Assembly (NCBI RefSeq): GCF_041986965.1
Contig: NZ_JBHIXB010000002.1
Coordinates: 547,501 to 611,500 of the forward strand
From: Hyphococcus sp.
GTDB taxonomy: Bacteria; Pseudomonadota; Alphaproteobacteria; Caulobacterales; Parvularculaceae
Direction of reading: 5' to 3'
DNA: 64,000 bases
In this document: positions 28,351-37,121 of the stretch, in pieces
How positions within the stretch are numbered: the stretch's first letter is position 1
Layout: each line of letters opens with the position of its first letter
Program-made: the position numbers and the translations under genes
Notes under the pieces: model-generated
Databases searched by the model: none
Told to the model about the DNA's origin: nothing
The model's input: only the letters and a program-made list of their open reading frames with translations

Positions 28351-28884
28351 ATGCCTGAAGCCGCCACCACCGAATTCTGGAAAGACATCAAGCCGATCAA
28401 GGATGTCTTCAAACCGGAATCCCTGGGCGACGCCTATGCGTCGAAAATCGCCGAGGGCGATGAGCGCTATTTCGTTCCGATTTCGGAAACCGTTTCGTCG
28501 AAACCCGTCTGGATTTCGCCGCAACGGAACATGTGGGCCGATGTTTTGATGTCGAAATCGGCCGGTCTTGTGAACCGGCATTATCACCCGCATCAAATTT
28601 TCGCCTATACGATCTCCGGAAAATGGGGCTATCTCGAACATGACTGGACCGCGACCGCAGGCGATTTCGTCTATGAATCGCCCGGCGAAGGCCATACGCT
28701 GATCGCCTATGACAGCCCCGAGCCCATGAAAGTCTTTTTTGTCGTCACCGGTCCCCTGATCTGGCTCGATGATGACGGCAATGGCGTCGGCCATTACGAT
28801 GTTCACGATTACATCGCCGCTGCGCGCGAGCATTACGAGAAAGTCGGCATCGGCGCGGACTATGTGAAAACCCTGTTCCGGTAG
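28351..28884 (+). CDS. dad: 2,4'-dihydroxyacetophenone dioxygenase (cupin)
   Basis: WISPQRNMWADVL, AGLVNRHYHPH, YTISGKWGYLEHDWTAT, GEGHTL and HYEKVGIGAD match recalled Alcaligenes 4HAP DAD. 177 aa. Confidence 0.85.
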   Translation: MPEAATTEFWKDIKPIKDVFKPESLGDAYASKIAEGDERYFVPISETVSSKPVWISPQRNMWADVLMSKSAGLVNRHYHPHQIFAYTISGKWGYLEHDWTATAGDFVYESPGEGHTLIAYDSPEPMKVFFVVTGPLIWLDDDGNGVGHYDVHDYIAAAREHYEKVGIGADYVKTLFR

Positions 28885-28887
28885 ATT

Positions 28888-29295
28888 ATGCGCGTCAACG
28901 CTCTCGATCATGTCAACATCCAGACGCTCGACATTGCGGCAACGGTAAAGTTTTACGCCGAGGTTCTCGATCTCGAAGCGCGCGACCCGCCGCCGCCGCT
29001 CGATCCAAAACTGGTGCAGTGGATGTATGACGCGGATGAGCGCGCGATCTTTCACCTGACGACGCCGGGCTCCATCATGGGGGATGGCGGAAAAAGGCAC
29101 CTGCCGCGCGACACAGGCCCCGTACATCATGTGGCGCTGAACTGTTCCGGCCATGACGCCATGGTGGACCGCCTCACCTCGCTGGGGCTCGACCACAAGC
29201 TCAATCATGTGACGGCGATCGATCTGAAGCAGATCTTTGTTCGCGATCCGAACGGCGTGCTTCTGGAACTCAACTATTTTTCGGGAAACCATTAG
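28888..29295 (+). CDS. VOC/glyoxalase family protein
   Basis: LDHVNI, FYAEVL, HHVAL and FVRDPNGVLLEL. Confidence 0.85.
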   Translation: MRVNALDHVNIQTLDIAATVKFYAEVLDLEARDPPPPLDPKLVQWMYDADERAIFHLTTPGSIMGDGGKRHLPRDTGPVHHVALNCSGHDAMVDRLTSLGLDHKLNHVTAIDLKQIFVRDPNGVLLELNYFSGNH

Positions 29296-29307
29296 GGAGG
29301 ACCGCCA

Positions 29308-29841
29308 ATGTCCGGGATGAAAGCGCCGCCCTCCGGCGCGTATAAAATTGTCGAGGTCGAGGAGCTTTACGGCGACCTCATCAAACAGCGAGGCCTTGAG
29401 GGCACCTATGTCGGCAAATCGGAGGAAGAGAGCCCCTGGGTTCCCTTTGGCGACAACGCCGCCATCCGTCACCTCGCCTTTGACGTTCGCCAGAATGTTT
29501 ATTGCAATATTCTCTGGATCAAATCGCCGGGCGTGATCGGCACCCACAAACATCGCGGGCCCGTCTGGGCGGTCGGTCTTGAGGGGACGTTCCGCTATCT
29601 CGAATATGACTGGGTCTGCGGGCCGGGCGAGTTCATCACCGAAATGCCCGGCACGGCGCACACGCTCGTCACCGATGATCCGAACGGCATGAAGGCGCTC
29701 TTCTGGATGCAGGGCGCCAATGAATTTTACAATGAACAGGGCGAGTTTGTCGAAACGCTCGACGTGTGGTGGTTCATGAATCACTATGAGAGCTACTGCA
29801 AAGAAAAAGGCCTTCCCATCAATAAGCAACTGTATCTGTGA
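29308..29841 (+). CDS. Second DAD-family (ChrR-like) cupin
   Basis: GTHKHRG, FRYLEYDW, EMPGTAHTL and HYESYC. Same three-His layout as DAD but divergent. Confidence 0.75.
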   Translation: MSGMKAPPSGAYKIVEVEELYGDLIKQRGLEGTYVGKSEEESPWVPFGDNAAIRHLAFDVRQNVYCNILWIKSPGVIGTHKHRGPVWAVGLEGTFRYLEYDWVCGPGEFITEMPGTAHTLVTDDPNGMKALFWMQGANEFYNEQGEFVETLDVWWFMNHYESYCKEKGLPINKQLYL

Positions 29842-29844
29842 GCC

Positions 29845-30669
29845 ATGAAAGCACTTGAACAATTTGACATTAAAGGCCGTTCCGCGATTGTCACCGGCGC
29901 CGCCTCGGGCATTGGCCTCTGCTATGCGGAAGCCATGGCGGAAGCCGGCGCCGGCGTTACGCTGACGGATGTTGATCTCGAAGGCGCTGAGCGCGAGGCC
30001 AAGCGACTGCGCGAGGAAGGCTATGACGCGCGCGCGGCGCATCTCGACGTCGTCGACCGCGCCGAAACGACGAAAGTCTTCGATGAACATGTCAAACATT
30101 ATGGCGGGCTCGACATCGCCTTCGCCAATGCCGGGATTGATCCTGGCGACGGCTTCGCCGCGCCGGAAGGCGGGCGCAACCCGAAAGGACAGGTCGACGC
30201 GTATAACCCGGAAGCCTGGGACCGCTGCATCGCCATCAATCTCACCGGCATTTACAACACCATGCGCGAGGCGGCGCGGGTGATGAAGGCCGGCGGCAAG
30301 CCGGGCTCCATCATTGCCACGTCTTCCAACGCCGGGCTTGTCGTCGAGCCGATTGTCGGCATGCCCTATCACCCGGCGAAGGCGGGCGTTACGCATATGG
30401 TTCATTATCTCGCCATGGAGCTCGCCGAATACAAGATCCGTGTGAACGCCATCGCGCCCGGCCCCTTCGTCACCAATATCGGCGGCGGCTGGCTGCAGGA
30501 TCCGGTTGTGCGCGAAGCGTGGGACCATGTGGTGCCGCTGGGACGCATCGCGGAGACCTATCAGATGAAACCGCTGGCGCATTACCTTGCTTCTGACGCG
30601 TCGAATTACGTTACCGGCTCGCAGATGCTGATCGACGGCGGCATGGCGCTCGGAGGCTTCAAGCAGTAA
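29845..30669 (+). CDS. SDR oxidoreductase
   Basis: TGAASGIG, ANAG, YHPAK, VNAIAPG and IDGG. Confidence 0.9.
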   Translation: MKALEQFDIKGRSAIVTGAASGIGLCYAEAMAEAGAGVTLTDVDLEGAEREAKRLREEGYDARAAHLDVVDRAETTKVFDEHVKHYGGLDIAFANAGIDPGDGFAAPEGGRNPKGQVDAYNPEAWDRCIAINLTGIYNTMREAARVMKAGGKPGSIIATSSNAGLVVEPIVGMPYHPAKAGVTHMVHYLAMELAEYKIRVNAIAPGPFVTNIGGGWLQDPVVREAWDHVVPLGRIAETYQMKPLAHYLASDASNYVTGSQMLIDGGMALGGFKQ

Positions 30670-31791
30670 ATGTCCGTACACGCGAAAGCCGCCATCTGCC
30701 GCGGGTCCGACGAGCCTTTCACTATTGAGGACGTCACACTTGACGCGTTGCGGCCCGATGAGTTGCAAGTGCGCATCATCGCCTGCGGCGTGTGTCATAC
30801 GGATATGGCGGTGCGCGATCAGCAGGTGCCGGTGCCCCTTCCCGCCGTGCTCGGTCATGAAGGCGCCGGCATTGTCGAAGCGGTCGGCTCGGCGGTGACG
30901 GCGGCGAAACCGGGCGACCGGGTGATCCTCAGCTTCAACAGCTGCGGCGATTGCCCGAGCTGCGAAATCGATGCGCCGACCTATTGCTACAATTTCTTTC
31001 CCTATAACTGGACCGGCATGCGCGCAGACGGCTCGCCGACGCTGATGCAGGACGGGGAGAAACTGAACGCCAACTTCTTCGGACAGTCGAGCTTTGCGAC
31101 GCAGGTGATTTCTCATGAACGCAATACGGTCCGCGTGCCGGACGAGGCGGCAGATTTGCCCTTGGAACGACTTTGCCCGCTTGGCTGCGGCCTGATGACC
31201 GGGGCCGGCGCCGTTCTTCGTAGCATGGACGTGCGCGCCGGGCTGCCCATTGCGGTATTCGGCGCCGGCACGGTCGGCATGGCGGCGATCATGGCGGCGA
31301 AGATCGCCGGCGCCGATCCGATCATCGCCGTCGATGTCAATGACGACCGCCTCGCGATGGCCAAAGATCTGGGCGCGACCCACATTTTCAATGCGAAAGA
31401 TGATGCGGTCGCCAAAATCCAGACGTTGTGTCCCACAGGACTCGGCTACGCCTTCGATACAACCGGTATCAACAAGGTGATCGAGGATGCGTGGAGCCTT
31501 CTTGCACCCAAAGGGATATGTGGGATCGTCGGCGCCTCCGATCCGGAGGACAACCTCACCTTTAACGAAGCGGCCTTTATGGGCGGCGGGCGCCGTGTCA
31601 TGGGCATTCTCGGCGGAGACAGCGATTTGAAAACCTTTCTGCCGGAGCTGATCGGCTATCACTTGAAAGGACAATTCCCGTTCGAAAAACTGATCGGCTA
31701 TTTCGACTTCGATCAAATCAATGACGCCATCGCAGCCAGTGAAAACGGATCGGTCGTAAAACCGGTGCTGCGGATCGGCGCGGAAGGCTGA
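30670..31791 (+). CDS. Zn-dependent aryl-alcohol dehydrogenase (XylB/AreB-like)
   Basis: CGVCHTD, GHEGAG, CGDCPSC...C, FFGQSSFA, PLGCGLMTGAG and GAGTVG. Confidence 0.85.
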   Translation: MSVHAKAAICRGSDEPFTIEDVTLDALRPDELQVRIIACGVCHTDMAVRDQQVPVPLPAVLGHEGAGIVEAVGSAVTAAKPGDRVILSFNSCGDCPSCEIDAPTYCYNFFPYNWTGMRADGSPTLMQDGEKLNANFFGQSSFATQVISHERNTVRVPDEAADLPLERLCPLGCGLMTGAGAVLRSMDVRAGLPIAVFGAGTVGMAAIMAAKIAGADPIIAVDVNDDRLAMAKDLGATHIFNAKDDAVAKIQTLCPTGLGYAFDTTGINKVIEDAWSLLAPKGICGIVGASDPEDNLTFNEAAFMGGGRRVMGILGGDSDLKTFLPELIGYHLKGQFPFEKLIGYFDFDQINDAIAASENGSVVKPVLRIGAEG

Positions 31792-31796
31792 CACAA

Positions 31797-32804
31797 ATGC
31801 GCGCAGTTGTTCATCAGGGGCTTCACGAAAAGCTCGCCGTCGAAACCCTCGCTGATCCGACCCCCGGCCTGGGCGAAGTTGTCCTGTCGGTCGAACGCTG
31901 CGGCATTTGCGGCTCCGATCTGCACATGACCGAGGACCCGGCCTTTGGCGCGGACAAAGGCTCCATCCTTGGTCATGAATTCGCCGGCGAAGTGATCGGC
32001 CTCGGCAAAGGCGTTGAACGCCTGAAAAAAGGCGATCTCGTCTCTGTCGTGCCCATCGCCAGTTGCGGCCAATGCCCGACTTGTCTCGCAGGCGAACCGG
32101 CCTGGTGCGAAAAGATGCAGCTTCAGGGCGGCGGCTATGGCGAATTCGCCGTCACCAATGAAAACCAGTGCGTCGCGCTGCCGAAATCGGCGAGCATGGA
32201 AGACGGCGCCATTATTGAACCCCTCGCCGTCGCCCTTCATGGCGTGATGACCGGCGAGCAAAAGCCTGGCGACAAGGTGTTGATCCTCGGCGCCGGCCCT
32301 ATCGGTCTCGGCGTCGCCTTCTGGGCCCGCCGGTTCGGCGCATCGAAAGTCGTGGTGCAGGACATCAACCGTTTTCAGGAACAACGCGCGCGGGAAATGG
32401 GCGCAACGGATTTCATTGTCGATCTCGAAGACCCTGTCGGCGCCGCCGAACGCGCCCTCGGCGGCAAAGCCGACATTGTTTATGAATGCGTCGGCGTGCC
32501 GGGCCTTATACCGCAGGCCGTCGACCAGGTGCGCATCAAGGGGACGGTGCTGATCCTCGGCCTTTGCACAAGGCCCGAGACTTTCGTTCCTTTCGTGGCG
32601 CTCTCGAAAGAGGTGCGGCTTCAAACCTCGGCCTTTTTCAAGCGCCAGGAATATGAGGCGGCGCTTGATGCTCTTGACGCCGGCGCGGCGGAGCCGCGCG
32701 CGCTCATCACCGACACAATCAGCCTCGATGCTGTGCCGGAGGTTTTTGAATCGCTTAAAAAACGCACGCATCAGTGCAAAGTGCTGATTAACCCGAAAGG
32801 CTGA
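31797..32804 (+). CDS. Zn-dependent alcohol dehydrogenase (MDR)
   Basis: CGICGSDLH, GHE, CGQCPTC...C, EPLAV and GAGPIG. Confidence 0.85.
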   Translation: MRAVVHQGLHEKLAVETLADPTPGLGEVVLSVERCGICGSDLHMTEDPAFGADKGSILGHEFAGEVIGLGKGVERLKKGDLVSVVPIASCGQCPTCLAGEPAWCEKMQLQGGGYGEFAVTNENQCVALPKSASMEDGAIIEPLAVALHGVMTGEQKPGDKVLILGAGPIGLGVAFWARRFGASKVVVQDINRFQEQRAREMGATDFIVDLEDPVGAAERALGGKADIVYECVGVPGLIPQAVDQVRIKGTVLILGLCTRPETFVPFVALSKEVRLQTSAFFKRQEYEAALDALDAGAAEPRALITDTISLDAVPEVFESLKKRTHQCKVLINPKG

Positions 32805-32807
32805 TCC

Positions 32808-33557
32808 ATGCGGTATGAAAACAAATCCGTTCTTGTCACCGGCGCGGCCACCGGCATCGGCCGCGCGACAGCGATCGCTTTCGCCCGGGAAGGCGCGAAA
32901 GTGATGATCGGCGATTACAATGACGCCGCCGAAGACACCGTCGCTGAGATCAAGGGCGGAGGCGGAACGGCGGCGTTCCTTCATTGTGACGTTTCCAAAC
33001 GCGATCAGGTCGACGCTCTGGTCGCCGCTGCTGTCAAAGCCCATGGCGGCCTTGACGCCGCCTTCAATAACGCCGGCGTCTTTCCGCCGGAACAAATGTT
33101 CGCCGATTTCGATGAAGAGACGTTCGACCGCACGATTGCAATCAACCTCAAGGGCGTTTTTCTGTGCATGAAGGCGCAGCTTCCCGTCATGGTGAAACAG
33201 GGAAAAGGCGCCATCGTCAACACGTCTTCCGTCGGCGGCGTCATCGCCAATCCCGGCATGGCGCCCTATATCGCATCGAAGCATGGCGTTCTGGGACTGA
33301 CAAAAACTGCGGCGATTGAATATGTGAAACTCGGCGTGCGGATTAACGCCATCTGCCCGGGCTTCGTTCGCACGCCCATGACAGAGCCCTGGTTCCAGCG
33401 CGAAGGCTTTCTCGAAGCGTTTCTGCCCACCTCGCCCATTGGCCGCCATGCGCAGCCCGAAGAGATGGCCGGAACGGTTCTGCATCTTTGCTCCGACGAG
33501 GCAAGCTTCACTAACGGCGCCGTCATTCTCGTCGACGGCGGGCAAACCGCAATCTGA
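32808..33557 (+). CDS. SDR oxidoreductase
   Basis: TGAATGIG, FNNAG, YIASKHG and RINAICPG. Confidence 0.9.
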   Translation: MRYENKSVLVTGAATGIGRATAIAFAREGAKVMIGDYNDAAEDTVAEIKGGGGTAAFLHCDVSKRDQVDALVAAAVKAHGGLDAAFNNAGVFPPEQMFADFDEETFDRTIAINLKGVFLCMKAQLPVMVKQGKGAIVNTSSVGGVIANPGMAPYIASKHGVLGLTKTAAIEYVKLGVRINAICPGFVRTPMTEPWFQREGFLEAFLPTSPIGRHAQPEEMAGTVLHLCSDEASFTNGAVILVDGGQTAI

Positions 33558-33605
33558 TTGGCTGCGATCTAAACGACCGCGGATATAACCGCAGACAGGG
33601 AGGAC

Positions 33606-34493
33606 ATGATGAAACTTTTCACCCGCGCGCTCGCCGCGCTGCTCTTTTTCACGTCGCCGGCATTCGCGGCAGACGCGCCGCTGGAGGTCGAAGTCCTCCA
33701 GACCAGCGCAGGTTCGCTCTACTCCAATGTGGTTCTGATCAAGGGCGAAGAAAAAGCCGTGCTTGTCGATCCGCCCTTCACCATGGCGGACGCGCACCGC
33801 GCCGCCGCCATGGTGCTCGACAGCGGCAAGGAGCTCGAAACCATCTTCGTCACCCACGATCATCCTGACCATTTCTTCGCCATGGAAGTGCTCACCGACG
33901 CCTTCCCAAATGCAAAAGTCGTTGCGCATCCGACCGTCGTCGCTGACATCTGGCGCTCCATGCCCTTCAAGGTGAAACGCTGGGGCCCGATGCTCGGCGC
34001 GAACGGCCCCAAAACACCCACGGCGCCCGCCGCGCTCGACGGTGATGTCATCATGCTCGAAGGCCATGAGTTGAAAGTGCTGGGGCCCATGCAGGGCGAT
34101 CATCATCATGCGACGGCGCTTTACGCTCCTTCTATCGACGCCCTTTTTGCGGGCGATCTTCTTTTCAACGAGATGTATCTCTGGCTCGGCGAGCACGGCC
34201 GCAAGGAAACACGCGAATGGGGCGAGGCCGTTGACGATCTCGCCGCCCTGGAGCCGGAGATTGTCGTTCCGGGACACGCAAAGCCCGGCATGCCCAACGA
34301 CGCCTCTAGCCTCGCCTATACCGGCGGCTTTATCGAGTTCTGGCTCGACGCGACGCGCAAGGCAAAGAACAGCGAAGAATTGCGCGCCATGGTGATCGAA
34401 CAATATCCGAACTCGATCGATGTGCTCGGCGATTTCCTGCTCGGCAATTCATCCAAGGTCGCCATGGGCGAAGAACCGCGCTGGGAGGAATAA
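33606..34493 (+). CDS. Exported metallo-beta-lactamase-fold hydrolase
   Basis: Sec signal (...SPAFA|AD), THDHPDH, GDHH, GDLL and VPGH. Confidence 0.8.
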   Translation: MMKLFTRALAALLFFTSPAFAADAPLEVEVLQTSAGSLYSNVVLIKGEEKAVLVDPPFTMADAHRAAAMVLDSGKELETIFVTHDHPDHFFAMEVLTDAFPNAKVVAHPTVVADIWRSMPFKVKRWGPMLGANGPKTPTAPAALDGDVIMLEGHELKVLGPMQGDHHHATALYAPSIDALFAGDLLFNEMYLWLGEHGRKETREWGEAVDDLAALEPEIVVPGHAKPGMPNDASSLAYTGGFIEFWLDATRKAKNSEELRAMVIEQYPNSIDVLGDFLLGNSSKVAMGEEPRWEE

Positions 34494-34618
34494 ACTCCTT
34501 GTGGCTTCAACATCGCGAAGCATAAGGCAGGTTGAGAGGTGGTGGATAACTCTTCACCAAACCTCAAAAAACCGGCCTTTTTCATCTGATTTGAGGTGTT
34601 TTTCGCCTTTTGCGGGCG

Positions 34619-35383
34619 CTAGCGCACATGCCCCGAAAAAGTCCGCAGGCGCGGGTCGGTTTTGTCCGGCCCCGCAAGCGCCTTCGCCATGCCCGGCAAT
34701 TCCGTGACGCGGTCGCGCCATTTAATCATATGCGGCGCGCGGTTGGCGACATCCATATCCGGGAACATACGCTCCACCATGGCGCCGCAGTGAGAATAGA
34801 AATTGATATCTGCGAGCGAGAACATATCGCTCACGAACCACTCATTCTCTGATAAGTGCTTCTCGATCTTATCGACGGCGTATTCGATCTTTTCGGTAGC
34901 GTAGGCCAACTGCTCTTCAGAGAACCCGGAACGCGCCGTCATCCATTTTTTGCGCTGATCGGGCAGCGGAATATTTTCCATCAGTTTTTCAAAATCGCCG
35001 CTTTCTATGTTGCGCGCGATAACGCCAACCATGCGGTGCCAGCCATGCATGGAGACATAGTTCATGACATGCTCATCAACGAACTTGTTCCAGTAGCGCA
35101 TCCGCGCCTTGCCCTCCGGGTCGGCGGGCCGCAGCGAAGGGTAATCGGGAAACGCGTCTTCGAGATATTCGTTGATCACCGTCGAATGCGTGATGATGAC
35201 GCCGTCATGATCAAGAACCGGCACCTGGCCTTCCGGGTTGATGGCGACGAACCATGGCTGATGTTGTTCGAACTTATGAAGATCGACATAAATCCCTTCG
35301 AAAGGGATGCCCCGGCAATGCAAAGGCGCAAGCGACTTCAGTGAATTGGCGAGCGGTTCAGCGTGATAGAGTTTGAGCGTCAT
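34619..35383 (-). CDS. ligF: beta(S)-etherase, LigF (LigF-2 clade)
   Basis: Start MTLKLYHAEPLANSLK. DLHKFEQHQPWF, INPEGQVP, YVSMHGWHRM, IPLPDQRKKW and YSHCGAMVERMFP match recalled NaLigF-2. Confidence 0.88.
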   Translation of the reverse strand: MTLKLYHAEPLANSLKSLAPLHCRGIPFEGIYVDLHKFEQHQPWFVAINPEGQVPVLDHDGVIITHSTVINEYLEDAFPDYPSLRPADPEGKARMRYWNKFVDEHVMNYVSMHGWHRMVGVIARNIESGDFEKLMENIPLPDQRKKWMTARSGFSEEQLAYATEKIEYAVDKIEKHLSENEWFVSDMFSLADINFYSHCGAMVERMFPDMDVANRAPHMIKWRDRVTELPGMAKALAGPDKTDPRLRTFSGHVR

Positions 35384-35390
35384 TGTCACC

Positions 35391-36182
35391 TCAGCTTCGC
35401 ATGATCCCCAGCATCCCGCCGTCCACGGCGATGGACTGCGCATTGATATATTGCCCGGCGTCCGACAACAGGAAGGCGGCGAGCCAGCCCGCCTCCTCCG
35501 GCGTTCCGACACGTCCCTGCGGCACCATGCCGTTCAGGATTTTGAGCGTCGCATCCATGTCGCCGCCCGCAAGATGATCGGCCAGCGGCTCCAGCAGCGG
35601 CGTCTTGATCAGGCCGGGGATCAGGCAGTTGATACGGATATTGTGTTTGGCGACCTCAGCCGCCGTCGCGCGCACGAGCCCCAGCACCGCATGTTTCGAC
35701 ATGACGTAAGCGGGCGTCATGGGCGCGCCAAGTTTCGACGTCAACGAGCCGGTGCAGACGATCGACCCGCCGCCTTGTTCGATCATGCCGGGCAGGACTT
35801 GCTGAATAAGGATGAACATCGATTTCAGATTGACGTTCATCACTTCATCATAGGCGCCGAGCGAATAATCCGGGATCGGCGCCGCAGGACCGGACATGCC
35901 GGCATTAGCGAAAACGCCGTCAACACCGCCCCACAATTCCTTCGCCTTGTCCGCAAGCGCCGTAATATCCGTTTCGGCGCCCATATCGGCGGCGAGATAG
36001 CGTCCTTCCCCGCCTGCTTTCGTGACGGCGTCGGCGACTTTTTTCAGTTTGTCTTCGGACCGCGCAGCGACAAGAACTTTCGCGCCGAGCGAGCCCATGA
36101 TTTCCGCCGACGCTGCGCCGATGCCGGTCGAGGCGCCGGTGACGATAATGCGCTTTCCGGCAAGCGAAATGGCGTTCTTCAT
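35391..36182 (-). CDS. SDR oxidoreductase
   Basis: TGASTGIG, ANAG, YVMSKH and VDGG. ATGA overlap with the upstream amidohydrolase. Confidence 0.9.
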   Translation of the reverse strand: MKNAISLAGKRIIVTGASTGIGAASAEIMGSLGAKVLVAARSEDKLKKVADAVTKAGGEGRYLAADMGAETDITALADKAKELWGGVDGVFANAGMSGPAAPIPDYSLGAYDEVMNVNLKSMFILIQQVLPGMIEQGGGSIVCTGSLTSKLGAPMTPAYVMSKHAVLGLVRATAAEVAKHNIRINCLIPGLIKTPLLEPLADHLAGGDMDATLKILNGMVPQGRVGTPEEAGWLAAFLLSDAGQYINAQSIAVDGGMLGIMRS

Positions 36183-37048
36183 TTCAGGCCCAAAAGCTTC
36201 GCCGCATTGTCTTTCATGATCATGGGCATCACTTCTTCACGGAAACCGGCGTTCTGCGCAGCGGCCATCCATTTGTCCGGCTTGATCAGCGGGAAGTCGG
36301 AGCCGAACAGCATTTTGTGTTTCAGTTGCGTGTTGGCGTAGTGAATGACCTGTTTCGGAAAATATTTCGGCGACCAGCCCGACAGGTCGATGTAAACATT
36401 CTCCTTGTGGAGCGCCATCGACAGCGATTCATCCGTCCATGGCCATGACGGGTGCGCGAGAATGATTTTCATGTCGGGGAAGTCGACCGCCACATCATCC
36501 ACCATCATCGGCTGACCGTATTTGAGGCGAATGCCGCCGCCGCCTCTCATGCCGGTGCCCATGCCCGAATGGCCCGTATGGAAGATCGCCGGAAGACCAT
36601 ATTCGGCGATCACTTCATAGATCGGCCAGGCCATGGGGTCGTTGGGGTGAAAATTCTGGATCGGCGGATGGAACTTGAAGCCCTTGACGCCATAGTCCTC
36701 GATCATCCGCCGCGCTTCGATGGCGCCGAATTTCGACTTGTGCGGGTCGATGGAGGCGAACGCCATCATGATGTCGTCATTGTCGTTGGCGAACTGGGCG
36801 ATTTCTTCATTCCGGATGCGTTTGATGCCCGTGCCGGATTCCATGTCCACCGTGAACATGACAAACGCGATCTGCTGTTCGCGGTAATATTCAATCGTCT
36901 CGGGAATGGTCGGGCGCTTGCGGTCCGCCTTGAAATAGATCGACGCCGCGTCGAGAAACTTGCCCATGATCGGGTCTTCCGGGTCGTTGCACGACACCTC
37001 CGCATGGGTGTGAATATCGATGGCTTTGATCTTGTTGAGGTCGATCAC
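36179..37048 (-). CDS. 4-hydroxyphenyl-beta-ketoacyl-CoA hydrolase (CouO-like amidohydrolase)
   Basis: GTG at 37048 after AAGGAG. IDIHTHAE, KFHP, FHTGHSGMG...GGGIRLKY, LAHPSWPW, IDLSGWSPKYFP and FGSDFP. Confidence 0.75.
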   Translation of the reverse strand: MIDLNKIKAIDIHTHAEVSCNDPEDPIMGKFLDAASIYFKADRKRPTIPETIEYYREQQIAFVMFTVDMESGTGIKRIRNEEIAQFANDNDDIMMAFASIDPHKSKFGAIEARRMIEDYGVKGFKFHPPIQNFHPNDPMAWPIYEVIAEYGLPAIFHTGHSGMGTGMRGGGGIRLKYGQPMMVDDVAVDFPDMKIILAHPSWPWTDESLSMALHKENVYIDLSGWSPKYFPKQVIHYANTQLKHKMLFGSDFPLIKPDKWMAAAQNAGFREEVMPMIMKDNAAKLLGLK

Positions 37049-37121
37049 GAGAGACTCCTTTGACGCACGCCGCCGTTTTAAGCCAATTCCGGCCCCAAAG
37101 GACAGCCTAGCGGGAAAGGTT

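Noticed and set aside
30670-31791. Glutathione-dependent formaldehyde dehydrogenase to detoxify PcfL/LdpA formaldehyde
   Set aside because: The sequence carries aryl-alcohol dehydrogenase features (FFGQSSFA) rather than class III ADH signatures.
25388-34403. Very long antisense ORFs (845, 1290 and 896 aa)
   Set aside because: They mirror real plus-strand genes codon for codon, lack motifs and RBSs, and are explained by high-GC codon bias plus in-frame gene spacing.
34545-34600. DnaA-box-like GGTGGATAA and an ACCTCAAA/TTTGAGGT inverted repeat
   Set aside because: A single mismatched box with no origin context. The repeat is most simply a weak terminator between convergent genes.
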